Assembly (NCBI GenBank): GCA_963805625.1
Contig: CAWDVE010000010.1
Location: 928,001 to 992,000 of the forward strand
Source: an uncultured Candidatus Rokubacteria bacterium
GTDB taxonomy: Bacteria > Methylomirabilota > Methylomirabilia > Rokubacteriales > DASRDR01
DNA length: 64,000 bases
Direction: 5' to 3'
Each line of letters begins with the position of its first letter. The first letter of the stretch is position 1. A program made the position numbers and the translations under genes. This document shows, piece after piece, positions 10,116-19,917 of the stretch. Below the pieces are notes generated by a model. It worked only from the letters and a program-made list of their open reading frames with translations, did not search any database and had not been told where the DNA came from.

Positions 10116-12533
10116 TCAGGCTCGAGGGCGGCGATTCTCCGGATCGAATGGGGGCTCGGCGAGGACACGGGCGGGGCGGCGCTCGCCCAGGATCTCGACA
10201 GCGAGCGGCGCGCTGGGCAGCGAGACCTCGGCGTCGAGGTAGGCCACCGCCAGGCTGCGGCCGAGCCAGTGGGCGAAGCCGCCGGAGGTCGTGATCCCCG
10301 CGACGCAGTCGCCCGCCCAGACGGCCTCGTTCCCCCAGCAGTCGGCGTCGAGCGCGTCGACCTCGAGGGTGGCCAGGCGCTTCCCTACGCCGTCTCGCCG
10401 ATGACGGAGCAAAGCGTCCCGACCGATGAAATCCCCCTTGTCGAAGGCCACGAAACGCTCGAGCCCGGCCTCGAGCGGCGTCACCTCAGTGTTGATGTCG
10501 GCCCCCCATGCCCGGTAGGCCTTCTCGAGCCGCAGGGAATCCATTGCGCGGAGGCCGAAGTCGACGAGCCCCAGGTCCGCTCCCGCGCTCTTGAGCGCTT
10601 CGTAGAACCCCGTCTGGTATTCCACCGGGTGGTGGAGCTCCCAACCGAGCTCCCCCACGAAGTTGATCCGGAGCGCCCGGACGGGCACGGAGCCGACCTG
10701 GATCTCGCGCGCCGAGAGCCACGGGAAAGCGGCGTTCGACAGGTCGGCGTCGGTGACGCGCGCCAGGACATCCCGGGCGCGGGGTCCGGCAAGGATCAGG
10801 ACACCCCAGGCGGGCGTCACGTTCTCGATGGCCACGCTCCCGTCCGCCGGCGCATGGCGCCGGAGCCAGTCGAGGTCGTGGAGCTCGGCGACTGCAGCAC
10901 TCACGACCAGGAAGCGCTCGGGCGCGAGCCGCGTCACGGTTACGTCGCACTCGACCGCGCCCGTCGGCGTCAGGAGCTGCGAGAGCGCGATCCGGCCGAG
11001 CCGGGGGAGCCGGTTCGCACACAGCCGGTCGAGGAAGGCCTCCGCGCCCAGACCGTGCACCTCGTACTTCGAGAAGCTCGACAGCTCGAGCACCCCCACG
11101 CGCTCGCGGACGGCGCGTGCTTCCCGGCCCACGGTCTCGAACCAGTTGGTCCGACGGAAGCTCGGCCGGTCGCGCGGCTCCGTCCCTGGCGGCGCGAACC
11201 AGTACGGCCGCTCCCAGCCGTTCCGCACTCCGAAGACCGCGCCGGCGGCGTGGAAGCGGTCGTAGAGCGGGCTCGTCCGGGCCGGCCGCCCCGGCCGGCG
11301 ATCGTCCTGGGGGTAGACGATCGCGTACTCGTCCTCGTAGATGTCGATGCACCGGGCGACCGCGTAGTGCTCCGTCGCGTACGTCCCGTAGCGGCGCGGG
11401 TCCACCTCCCAGAGGTCGATGGACGGCTGCCCCTCCACGATCCACTCCGCCAGGTAACGCCCCGCCCCACCCGCCTGGGTAATCCCGAAGCTCACACCGC
11501 AGGCCAGCCAGAATCCGGGTAGACCGAACGCGGGGCCGAGGAGCGGGTTCCCGTCCGGCGTGTAGGTGATCGGGCCGTTGACGATCCGCGCGACGCCTGC
11601 CCGGGCGAGCACGGGCACGCGCGCCATCGCGGACTCGACGATCGTGCGAAGCCGCTCGGGATCCGGCGGCAGGAGGTCGGCGCCGAACTCGGGCGGAATC
11701 CCACCGACGCCGAATGGCTTTGCGTCGCGCTCGTAGGGACCAAGAAGGAGTCCCTGGCCTTCCTGGCGCAGGTAGTACGACACGTCAACCTCGCGGAGAA
11801 GCGGCAGCTCGCGGCCGAGCCCCGCGATCTCGGGAATGGCCTCCGTCACCAGGTACTGGTGCTCCATCGGGACGATCGGGAGATCGAGGCCGACCAGCTG
11901 GCCGACCTCACGCGCCCACGTGCCAGCCGCGTTCACGACGACCTCCGCCAGGAAGTCGCCCCGATTGGTGGCGATCCGCCATTCGCCGCTGGCCGTCCGC
12001 TCGAGCCCGGTCACACGTGTGTGCCGGTGGACGCGGGCACCCCGATCTCGCGCGCCCTTGACAAGGGCCTGCGTCACGCTGGTCGGATCGACGTGACCGT
12101 CTTCCGGGTTCCAGACCGCGCCCAGCAGGCCGCGCGTCTCGACGAGGGGATGCAGCCGCCGGATCTCGTCGGGCCCGATCACCTCGAACGGGAGCCCGAT
12201 CGTCCGCGCCTTGCCCCGGTGGCGCCGGTACTCGTCCATCCGGTCCGGCACCGAGGCGAGCCGGAGACTCCCGGGTCGGTGGAACCCGACCGCCTGCCCC
12301 GTCTCCGCCTCGAGCCGCTGGTAGAGCTCCGTGCTGGCGAGGTGGATCCGCGATAGGTTGAGGCTCGTGTTGAAGTGCGGCGTATTGCCCGCCGCGTGCC
12401 ACGTCGACCCCGACGCCAGCTCGCCCCGCTCGATCAGGACCGTGTCGGTCCACCCCGCACGCGCGAGGTGGTAAAGGACGCTGGCGCCGAGGATGCCGCC
12501 GCCGATGACGACGACGCGGGCCGTCTCGGTCAT
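10116..12533 (-). CDS. Dimethylglycine dehydrogenase-like FAD oxidoreductase with GcvT (folate-binding) domain
   Basis: 'VVIGGGILG', 'SGSTWHAAG', 'YTPDGNP', 'GWERP', 'GELGWELH', 'SLRLEK'. Confidence 0.93.
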   Translation of the reverse strand: MTETARVVVIGGGILGASVLYHLARAGWTDTVLIERGELASGSTWHAAGNTPHFNTSLNLSRIHLASTELYQRLEAETGQAVGFHRPGSLRLASVPDRMDEYRRHRGKARTIGLPFEVIGPDEIRRLHPLVETRGLLGAVWNPEDGHVDPTSVTQALVKGARDRGARVHRHTRVTGLERTASGEWRIATNRGDFLAEVVVNAAGTWAREVGQLVGLDLPIVPMEHQYLVTEAIPEIAGLGRELPLLREVDVSYYLRQEGQGLLLGPYERDAKPFGVGGIPPEFGADLLPPDPERLRTIVESAMARVPVLARAGVARIVNGPITYTPDGNPLLGPAFGLPGFWLACGVSFGITQAGGAGRYLAEWIVEGQPSIDLWEVDPRRYGTYATEHYAVARCIDIYEDEYAIVYPQDDRRPGRPARTSPLYDRFHAAGAVFGVRNGWERPYWFAPPGTEPRDRPSFRRTNWFETVGREARAVRERVGVLELSSFSKYEVHGLGAEAFLDRLCANRLPRLGRIALSQLLTPTGAVECDVTVTRLAPERFLVVSAAVAELHDLDWLRRHAPADGSVAIENVTPAWGVLILAGPRARDVLARVTDADLSNAAFPWLSAREIQVGSVPVRALRINFVGELGWELHHPVEYQTGFYEALKSAGADLGLVDFGLRAMDSLRLEKAYRAWGADINTEVTPLEAGLERFVAFDKGDFIGRDALLRHRRDGVGKRLATLEVDALDADCWGNEAVWAGDCVAGITTSGGFAHWLGRSLAVAYLDAEVSLPSAPLAVEILGERRPARVLAEPPFDPENRRPRA

Positions 12534-12694
12534 GGCTCGGCGTCCTCCGGCGACTCGCTCTCGGCTGGCAGCGGCGGGAGCACCGGAGGCGCGTCGCAGG
12601 GAGCCGAGGCCCTCGTCAGCTCCCACGAGACGGCGTCCATGAGGCTCGTTTGGGCCCCGTAGTCATACGTAATCGTGTACTCGCCCTTCATCAT
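12530..12694 (-). CDS. Small hypothetical protein (54 aa)
   Basis: MMKGEYTITYDYGAQ... preceded by a G-rich SD-like stretch; its TGA overlaps the oxidoreductase ATG (ATGA). Confidence 0.35.
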   Translation of the reverse strand: MMKGEYTITYDYGAQTSLMDAVSWELTRASAPCDAPPVLPPLPAESESPEDAEP

Positions 12695-12908
12695 CCCCCG
12701 GGAGCGCCCAGGATGCGTGGCTCCTCCGGGTCCGGGTCCCTGCCCATACGGATCCCCGTGAAGAGCTCCTGACTGTGGGTCGGTGGCCCACTGGCCCGGG
12801 AGCACCCTCCGACCCCGGTCCGCTCGTCGCGAACCTCGGTGCGCGAGCGCCCGACCGAACGCCAGGTCGTCGATGCCGGTGAATTCCACGTGAGCTGGCC
12901 GCCCGGGG

Positions 12909-15476
12909 TCAGTCCCTCTCGCGGGCGAGGTAGGCGGCGATGCGCGCCGCCTCGCGCTCGCGGAAGCGGACCGCGACGCGCAGCTGCTCGAGATACTGAT
13001 CGAGGATCTTCCCGCCGAGCTCGATCCCGTGGGCCGGGAAGAACGCGCGCACCTCAGCCTCCCACTCGGTGCGCACGAGCGCGCTGACGCCATCGAACAC
13101 CCGTCGGAACGCGCTCGGGGGATAGAGCCGCCGCATGGTCTCCCAGTGGCCCTTCACGAACTCCCAGGCGAGCCCGCGCCCCCAAACGCTCACGAGCATC
13201 GAGCGGACGACGTAGGGGGCATCCTGGCTCCGGATCTCGCCGTCCAGCGTGTGCTGGAGAGTCTGGGTGATGAGCTCCGGCTGGCGGAACGCCGCCAGCG
13301 CGTAGAGGTACCGCTGTTCCTCCTGGGGGCTCCGGGCGTGACGGAAGCGCTCGCGAAACTCGGCGTACTCGGCCTCGTCGCCGGCCCGCGCCAGGATGGC
13401 GATCAGCGCGGGCAGCACGTTGGGATCGACCGCGTGCTCGTCGGCCCGGTAGCGCGCGTACAGCTCCTTCGCCTGCGCCTGGATCTCCCGGTCGTCGCCG
13501 AGGACGCCGAGCGCGCGGAGGAGGTCGCCGCGAAGCTGCCGCGTGAGCTCGTCCTCACCCGGCCGCGGCGTCCAGCCCAGCCGGCGGGCGGCCGGACCCA
13601 CGCGGTCTCGAACGAACGCCTCGAGCAAGCCCCGGGCGTCGTCGTCGATCGTCCGGTTCACGTAGGCGAGGGCGCTGACCAGCACCGCCCAGACGTTGCG
13701 GTCCGTCTCATCGCGGAACCGCTCCGTCAGGTCGAGGAACGCAGGGGCGTCGAGGTCGCCGGCCTGGGTGAGGGCGAAGCAATCCGACACCAGGCCGAAG
13801 CGCTCGATCGGCGCAAGGACGGCCAGATCGGCCGTCAGCCGGCCGAGCAGCGCCGGCGCGTAGCCCACCCGGTAGAAGCCGTGACCTCCGGCGTTGACGA
13901 CAACCCACTGCGGCGCGCCGGGGAGCGCGACGTCATCCTCGGCGGCGGCCAGGAGGAGCTTCTGCTCCACCACCTTCCCCGCCACCGACGCCCGCACGGT
14001 CACGGGAACCCGCCAGAGCTGCGCGGGCTCGTCGGCGCTCCCCGGCGCAGGCTCACCGAGGTACGTGAAGCGCCGCTGCGTGAGGCGGAGCTTCGGCCCC
14101 TCCGCCCGGACCCCGACCAGGGGGTAGCCCGGGTGGAAAACCCAGCCGTCCATGACGTCAGGGATGGGCTGCCCGGACGCCTCGCCGAGCGCCTTCCAGA
14201 GATCGGTGGTCTCCGCATTCTCGTACTCGTGCCAGCGGAGGTAGAGGCGCACGCCCTCGCGGAACGTGTCGGGCCCGATGTGCTGCTCCAGCATGCGGAG
14301 AACCGACGCGCCCTTCTCGTACGTGAGGAGATCGAACATCGCCTCGCAGTCCCGCGGGGCCCGGACGTCGTACTCGATGGGCCGGCTCGCGTGGAGCCCG
14401 TCGACCCCCATCGCCGCGGCACGGGAGACGCCGAAGCTCACCCAGCGCTGCCACTCCGGCTTCCAGGCGTGGACCGCGAGCATCTCCATGAAGGTCGCGA
14501 ACGCCTCGTTGAGCCAGATCCCATTCCACCACACCATGGTCACGAGGTCGCCGAACCACATGTGGGCGAGCTCGTGCGCGACCACGTCGGCGATCCGCTC
14601 GAGGTCGGTGTGGGACGCGGCCGCCTCGTCGACCAGGAGGGCGGTCTCGCGGAACGTGATCGCTCCCAGGTTCTCCATCGCTCCCGCCGCGAAGTCGGGG
14701 ATCGCCAGGAGATCGACCTTGTCGCCCGGATACGGGATGCCGTAGTAGCGCTCGAAGAAGTCGAGGCAGAAGGCCCCCGCCGTCCGCGCGTAGGCGGCCA
14801 GGTGGACCTTGCCCTGGACGCACCAGACGCGGAGCGGCGTCTTGCCGACCATGACCGGCTCGGTCGACTCCAGCTCCCCGACGATGAAGGCGACGAGGTA
14901 CGTCGACATCCGGATGGTGTCCCCGAACGTCACCGCCCGCCGGCCGGGCCCCGCCGGCTCCTCCCGGACGGGCGCGGTGTTGGAGATCGCCGTGTAGCCG
15001 TCGGGCACGACAAGCGTGACGCCGAAGACGGCCTTCAGCGCCGGCTCGTCCCAGCACGGGAACGCGCGCCGCGCGTCGACCGCCTCGAACTGCGTCGCCG
15101 CCATGACGTGCGTTCGCCCGTCCGCATCCTTGAACGTGCTGCGGTAGAAGCCGTGGAGCTGGTCGTTCAGCATGCCCTGGAACGTGAGGCGGAGGCTCCA
15201 CTCCCCGGGTCGGAGCGCGCGGGAGAAACGCAGGTGGACGCGATCGGTCGCGGGGTCGAGAGACGCCGTGCCTTCGAGCCGAGTGCCGTCGGGCCCCTCG
15301 GCGGCGACGTGCGTGATCGTGAGCTCGACGGCGTTCAGCTGAATCTCGTCCGTCTCATCGCGAATCTCGACCTGGACGGCCTCCTCGCCGGCGTACGTGG
15401 CGGCATCGAGGTCAGGCTCGAGCCGGATGTCGTAGCGGCTCGGGACGACCGTCCTGGGCAGGCGATGGCTGTTCAC
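12909..15476 (-). CDS. M1 family aminopeptidase (puromycin-sensitive/PepN-like)
   Basis: GAMEN, HELAH...E zinc motif, 'YEKG', ERAP1-like C-terminus; GTG start after AGGGGAG. Confidence 0.95.
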   Translation of the reverse strand: MNSHRLPRTVVPSRYDIRLEPDLDAATYAGEEAVQVEIRDETDEIQLNAVELTITHVAAEGPDGTRLEGTASLDPATDRVHLRFSRALRPGEWSLRLTFQGMLNDQLHGFYRSTFKDADGRTHVMAATQFEAVDARRAFPCWDEPALKAVFGVTLVVPDGYTAISNTAPVREEPAGPGRRAVTFGDTIRMSTYLVAFIVGELESTEPVMVGKTPLRVWCVQGKVHLAAYARTAGAFCLDFFERYYGIPYPGDKVDLLAIPDFAAGAMENLGAITFRETALLVDEAAASHTDLERIADVVAHELAHMWFGDLVTMVWWNGIWLNEAFATFMEMLAVHAWKPEWQRWVSFGVSRAAAMGVDGLHASRPIEYDVRAPRDCEAMFDLLTYEKGASVLRMLEQHIGPDTFREGVRLYLRWHEYENAETTDLWKALGEASGQPIPDVMDGWVFHPGYPLVGVRAEGPKLRLTQRRFTYLGEPAPGSADEPAQLWRVPVTVRASVAGKVVEQKLLLAAAEDDVALPGAPQWVVVNAGGHGFYRVGYAPALLGRLTADLAVLAPIERFGLVSDCFALTQAGDLDAPAFLDLTERFRDETDRNVWAVLVSALAYVNRTIDDDARGLLEAFVRDRVGPAARRLGWTPRPGEDELTRQLRGDLLRALGVLGDDREIQAQAKELYARYRADEHAVDPNVLPALIAILARAGDEAEYAEFRERFRHARSPQEEQRYLYALAAFRQPELITQTLQHTLDGEIRSQDAPYVVRSMLVSVWGRGLAWEFVKGHWETMRRLYPPSAFRRVFDGVSALVRTEWEAEVRAFFPAHGIELGGKILDQYLEQLRVAVRFREREAARIAAYLARERD

Positions 15477-15634
15477 GTGGCTCCCCTTTCCGCGCTCCGG
15501 CGCCCGGCGCCGGTCAGTGTCGGTGACAGTGGGCCACCTGGCTCGCACTCCCGCGGGGCCCCGGAGGAGGATACCATCCGGCGGGGCGATGCGGCCCCTT
15601 GCCCCGCCCGCCGTGCCTGTCGGGGCCGTCACCG

Positions 15635-15692
15635 TTGACGCCGCCGAAAGGCACGTGTATATGACGCGTGGGTTCACAGACGTGACTGTCAC
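15635..15692 (+). promoter_or_regulatory. Sigma70-type promoter plus downstream palindrome
   Basis: TTGACG (15635-15640), 17 nt, TATATG (15658-15663); GTGAC-T-GTCAC at 15682-15692. Confidence 0.55.
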
Positions 15693-15734
15693 TTCGTTCA
15701 ACTCCTGAGAACCCCCCGGGGAGGTCCTGTCAGC

Positions 15735-16199
15735 ATGAGCGAGCGCGCGCGAACCTTGGCCGAGCGCTTCGAGCAAGCGAACCGCGAGCTAATCCACACG
15801 GTCGAGGGGCTGTCGGACGCTCAGTGGCGGACCAAGGCCGCCGGCGAGGGCTGGAGCGTCGGCGTCGTCGCCCATCACGTCGCCGGGGGCCACGCGGCAC
15901 TTTCGGATCTGGTTCAGAAGATCGCGAACGCCGAGCCCGTCGCGGTCGACATGGATGCGCTCCACACGAGAAACGCGGAGCACGCCGTTCAGTATGCGCA
16001 CACCACCAAGGCCGAGACGCTGGCCCTTCTCCGCCAGAACGGGGCCGCGGCGACCGCGGTGGTGCGTGGCCTCAGGGACACCCAGCTCGACCGCGTCGGC
16101 GGCTCCATGGGAATGACCGCCGCCCAGGTCATCGAGCGAATCCTCATCGGCCACGTCGTCGACCACCACGGCAGCATCCGGAAGGCCATCGGCACCTAG
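15735..16199 (+). CDS. DinB-superfamily protein
   Basis: 'GWSVGVVAHHVA' and C-terminal 'HVVDHH' His triad; GGAGG SD. Confidence 0.85.
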   Translation: MSERARTLAERFEQANRELIHTVEGLSDAQWRTKAAGEGWSVGVVAHHVAGGHAALSDLVQKIANAEPVAVDMDALHTRNAEHAVQYAHTTKAETLALLRQNGAAATAVVRGLRDTQLDRVGGSMGMTAAQVIERILIGHVVDHHGSIRKAIGT

Positions 16200-16258
16200 C
16201 CGGGGCGGGCGGCCCTCCGGGACGACCCGGGGGCGCCGGACCGTCGGCACACTGTTCG

Positions 16259-17005
16259 ATGCTCGACAAGTCGGCGCTATCGGCCTTCCTCCTCCTCACG
16301 CTCCTGCTCCCGGCGTGCGGAACGCTCGCGCGAGATCCGAGCTGGTGGCAGGCGCGACGCGATTCCTCCGGGCAGGCTCCCGATCCCGCCACGACGCCCG
16401 AAGCGGTGATCCAGGTTTACGCCGCGCGCACGGTCGGATGGAAGGGGGTCCTCGGAGTCCACACATGGATCGCGCTGAAACGGTCGGGCGCGGCCCAATA
16501 CACGCGGTACGAGGTCATCGGCTGGGGTGTCGATCGAGGAGCCTCAGCCCTCCGCGTGAACCGGACGGGCCCGGACAACTACTGGTTCGGCAGTCGGCCC
16601 GATCTCCTGGCCAACGTGCGCGGGGACGGTGTGGACATCCTGATCGACCGCATCGAGGCGGCCGTGGGCGCGTATCCCTACCCCTCGAGCTACCGCACGT
16701 GGCCGGGACCCAACAGCAACACGTTCACGGCCTTCATCGGGCGGGCCGTTCCCGAGCTGCGCCTCGATCTCCCGCCGACGGCGGTCGGAAAGGACTTCCT
16801 GCCGGGAGGCGCTCCGGTCGGGCTCGCACCGAGTGGCACCGGGGTCCAGGTCTCGCTTCTCGGCCTCGCCGGCCTGCTGGTGGGGTGGGAGGAAGGGGTC
16901 GAGGTCAACCTGCTCGGGCTCACGTTCGGGCTCGACTGGAACCGCCCGGCTCTGAAGCTCCCGGGCCTCGGTCGAGTCGGCGTCCCCGACGCTCCTCCTC
17001 CCTGA
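16259..17005 (+). CDS. DUF3750 domain-containing (lipo)protein
   Basis: 'SSGQAPDP...EAVIQVYAAR...HTWI', 'YRTWPGPNSNTF', 'PPTAVGKD'; lipobox-like LPAC. Confidence 0.85.
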   Translation: MLDKSALSAFLLLTLLLPACGTLARDPSWWQARRDSSGQAPDPATTPEAVIQVYAARTVGWKGVLGVHTWIALKRSGAAQYTRYEVIGWGVDRGASALRVNRTGPDNYWFGSRPDLLANVRGDGVDILIDRIEAAVGAYPYPSSYRTWPGPNSNTFTAFIGRAVPELRLDLPPTAVGKDFLPGGAPVGLAPSGTGVQVSLLGLAGLLVGWEEGVEVNLLGLTFGLDWNRPALKLPGLGRVGVPDAPPP

Positions 17006-17180
17006 CGCGCCGCCGGCCCGAGTCCCGCAGGAGCCGCGCGAGCGGCGCGGGTTCACGGCGTTGCGGGCACTCCACGGTTCCCCTATCATGCGAAGCGATG
17101 AGTACTGCGACCCGCTCGGCTGTCCCGCGGCACCGCGCCGCTGTGCCTCCCGCCACCCCCTGCCTCTTCGGAGGAGCCGC

Positions 17181-18257
17181 GTGAAGAAGAACTTCTACAG
17201 TGACAACGTCTCGGGCGCCGCCCCGGAGATCCTGCGGGCGATCGTCGAGTCGAACGCGGACGACACCGCGCCGTACGGCGGCGATCCGTACACGCAGCGG
17301 CTCGAGCAACGGATGGCGGAGCTCTTCGAGACGGAGGTCGACGTCTATCCTGTTGGTACCGGCACGGTGGCGAACGGGCTCTGCGCCTCGCTCATCTCGA
17401 CCCCGTACGGCGGCATCTACTGCGCCGACGTCTCGCACCTTCACGCGAGCGAGTGCGGAGGGGCGGAGTTCTGGTCGGGCGGCAACGCCCGGAGCGTCCC
17501 GGTCCCGACCGTGGACGGGAAGATTCCCGTTGCCACGCTGGTGGAGACCATCGAGGCGGGCGCCCTCCGGGCGGCCGACGTGCCGGGCCGCGCGGTGAGC
17601 CTCACGCAGGGGACCGAGGCCGGCACGGTCTACACCGTCCGCGAGGTTCGGGAGCTGGCGGCGGCGGCCCGCGCGAAGAACCTCCTGGTCCACATGGACG
17701 GCGCCCGCTTCGCCAACGCGGTCGCTCGCCTCGGCTGCGCGCCGGCCGAGCTCACTTGGAAGGCCGGGGTCGACCTCCTGTCGTTCGGTGCCACGAAGAA
17801 TGGAGCGCTCTGCGCGGAGGCCGTCGTCTTCTTCAATCGCGCCCTGGCCGAGACCATGCGCTACCGCCGGCGCCGGGCGGGCCACCTCTTCTCGAAAATG
17901 CGCTTTCTATCCGCCCAGTTGGTCGCCTTCCTCGAGGACGATCTCTGGCTCCGGAGTGCCCGCCACGCGAACGCGATGGCCGCGCGCGTGCGCCAGGGAC
18001 TCGCCAGCCTCCCGGGTGTCCGGTTACCCCACCCGACCGAGATCAACTTCGTACTGGCGGCGCTTCCCAAGCCGGTGTGGGATGGTCTGGTCGCCGACGG
18101 GTACAGCTTCTCCCGCCGCGGCGCGCCCCGGGACGGCGTCGTCCGGATCGCGTGCGCCTGGGACACGCCCGCCGAGGCCGTGGACGCGCTGGTGGAGGCC
18201 GCACACCGGCACGCAGGGCTCGTCCCCGCGGGCGCCACGGCCGGGCGCCGCGGGTGA
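17181..18257 (+). CDS. ltaE: Low-specificity L-threonine aldolase (beta-eliminating lyase family)
   Basis: 'FYSDN', 'YGGD', 'HMDGARFANA', 'SFGATKNG', 'SKMRF'; GTG after GGAGGAG. Confidence 0.88.
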   Translation: MKKNFYSDNVSGAAPEILRAIVESNADDTAPYGGDPYTQRLEQRMAELFETEVDVYPVGTGTVANGLCASLISTPYGGIYCADVSHLHASECGGAEFWSGGNARSVPVPTVDGKIPVATLVETIEAGALRAADVPGRAVSLTQGTEAGTVYTVREVRELAAAARAKNLLVHMDGARFANAVARLGCAPAELTWKAGVDLLSFGATKNGALCAEAVVFFNRALAETMRYRRRRAGHLFSKMRFLSAQLVAFLEDDLWLRSARHANAMAARVRQGLASLPGVRLPHPTEINFVLAALPKPVWDGLVADGYSFSRRGAPRDGVVRIACAWDTPAEAVDALVEAAHRHAGLVPAGATAGRRG

Positions 18258-18326
18258 GGTGAGGGCGGCGCGGCGGCCGCCCTGCCCTCGAGCCGACCAT
18301 CCCCCCCGGGGACAAGGCTCCCCCTG

Positions 18327-19544
18327 ATGCAATTTCCCGCCGCCCTCCGGGCGCTGAACCACCGCGACTTCCGCCTGTTCTGGATGGGCCAGTCCATCTC
18401 GTCCGTGGGCAGCTGGATGCAATCGGTCGGGCTCTCCTGGCTCGTTCTCGAGCTCACCAACTCGCCATTCCGTCTGGGCGTGGTGAGCGCGCTCCAGTTC
18501 GCCCCCGTACTCCTCTTCTCGGCCGTCGCCGGGGTCGTCGTGGATCGGACGCCGAAGCGTCGCCTAATCCTCGGCACCCAGATGGCCTTGATGCTGCCCG
18601 CCTTCGTCCTCGCCGGGCTGTCGTGGACCGGCTGGGTGCGCTACTGGCACGTTGCCACGCTGGCGGGCGTGATCGGCCTGGTGAACGCGCTCGACATGCC
18701 CTCCCGGCAGTCCTTCCTCGTCGAGATGGTCGGCCGGGAGGATCTGCTGAACGGCATCGCGCTCAACTCCGCCACGTTCAACTCCGCCCGGGTCATCGGC
18801 CCCGCGCTGGGTGGGCTTCTCATCGCCCGCTACGGCACGGCGGTCGCGTTTTTGCTGAACGCTCTGTCCTTCCTCGCCGTGGTGCTGACCCTCACTGCGG
18901 TTCGGGTCGGCTCGGAGGCGAATCCGCGGCGCGGCACGACGATCCGGGAGGAGCTGATGGACGGCGTCCGCTATGCGACACGCACGCCGCTCGTCGCGCT
19001 CATCCTGGGTCTCGTGTTCGCGGTCAGCACATTCGCCATGAACCACGGCGTCCTCGTCCCCCTCTTCGCGCGCGAGGTCCTGCACGAAGGAGTCCACGTG
19101 TTCGGCCTGCTCATGGCGGCGCTCGGCGCGGGGGCCGTCGTTGGCGCGGTCGCCCTCGCGACGCTAGGCGGCGGGCGGCCTCCGCTCGCCGCCGTAGTCA
19201 TTCCGGGGATGGGGGTGGCTCTCGGCATTCTCAGTCTCGCGTTCGTGCGACACTTCGCCTTGGCAGCGGTCGTCCTGTTCCTCGTCGGTATCATGCAGAT
19301 CGTCTTCCAGAACGGCTGCAACACGATTGTCCAGGTCACCGTGCCGGACGAGCTCCGCGGGCGGGTCATGGGCGTCTACATGATGGTCTTCGCCGGCGCG
19401 ACGCCCCTGGGGGCCTCGCTCATCGGCTCGATCGCCGAGGGCGCCGGCGTGCCCGCCGCCTGCCTGGTCGGCGGGGGGCTCGCCCTCCTCGGCGCCCTGT
19501 TCCAGCTCGCTCGCTGGCGGCGGGCCAAGCACGTCTACGCGTGA
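18327..19544 (+). CDS. MFS transporter (DHA3-like)
   Basis: 'HRDFRLFWMGQSISSVGSWMQ', 'DMPSRQ', 'RGRVMG'. Confidence 0.92.
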   Translation: MQFPAALRALNHRDFRLFWMGQSISSVGSWMQSVGLSWLVLELTNSPFRLGVVSALQFAPVLLFSAVAGVVVDRTPKRRLILGTQMALMLPAFVLAGLSWTGWVRYWHVATLAGVIGLVNALDMPSRQSFLVEMVGREDLLNGIALNSATFNSARVIGPALGGLLIARYGTAVAFLLNALSFLAVVLTLTAVRVGSEANPRRGTTIREELMDGVRYATRTPLVALILGLVFAVSTFAMNHGVLVPLFAREVLHEGVHVFGLLMAALGAGAVVGAVALATLGGGRPPLAAVVIPGMGVALGILSLAFVRHFALAAVVLFLVGIMQIVFQNGCNTIVQVTVPDELRGRVMGVYMMVFAGATPLGASLIGSIAEGAGVPAACLVGGGLALLGALFQLARWRRAKHVYA

Positions 19545-19547
19545 AGC

Positions 19548-19903
19548 TACGCTCCCCTCGGCGACACGCCGTCGACCCCGACGTGGTGCTGGGGGCAGGA
19601 CGGCCCGCCCCGCTGATGCGTCTCCTCGAGACGGCCCTCCGGGCCGGGATCCAGGCGCCGGTGCCCTTCCTGGCCCGCCCGACGTGCATGACCCTGCCCG
19701 CCGCCCTCGCCTCCGGCGTCACCGCGAGCACCGGGTGCATCGGGAACCGCGCCTACACGGATCTCGGCGACGACGAGCTCTACGTGGCGATTCCCGGGAG
19801 GGACCTCGCCAAGCTGGCGTCCGAGTCCCAGACCATCGCGACGGCGAACGCCGCGCTGTCCAACTACCATCGTGGGCGGCGCCAGGCCCTCTCGACGGAG
19901 TAG
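19548..19903 (+). pseudogene. DUF169 family C-terminal remnant
   Basis: 'YAPLGDTP[fs]VDPDVV...RPTC...STGCIGNRAYT...ELYVAIP'; N-terminal half absent, abuts the MFS stop. Confidence 0.7.
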
Positions 19904-19917
19904 CCCGCCAGAGCGGC

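Noticed and set aside
16214-16250. GGG-ACGA-CCC hairpin as a guanidine-II riboswitch (also at 33798-33809)
   Set aside because: Only one ACGR-loop hairpin at each site, whereas two are needed; downstream genes are not typical targets.
17006-17180. Glycine riboswitch upstream of threonine aldolase
   Set aside because: GC-rich hairpins only; conserved GGAGA, CCGAAG and CUCUCAGG elements not found.
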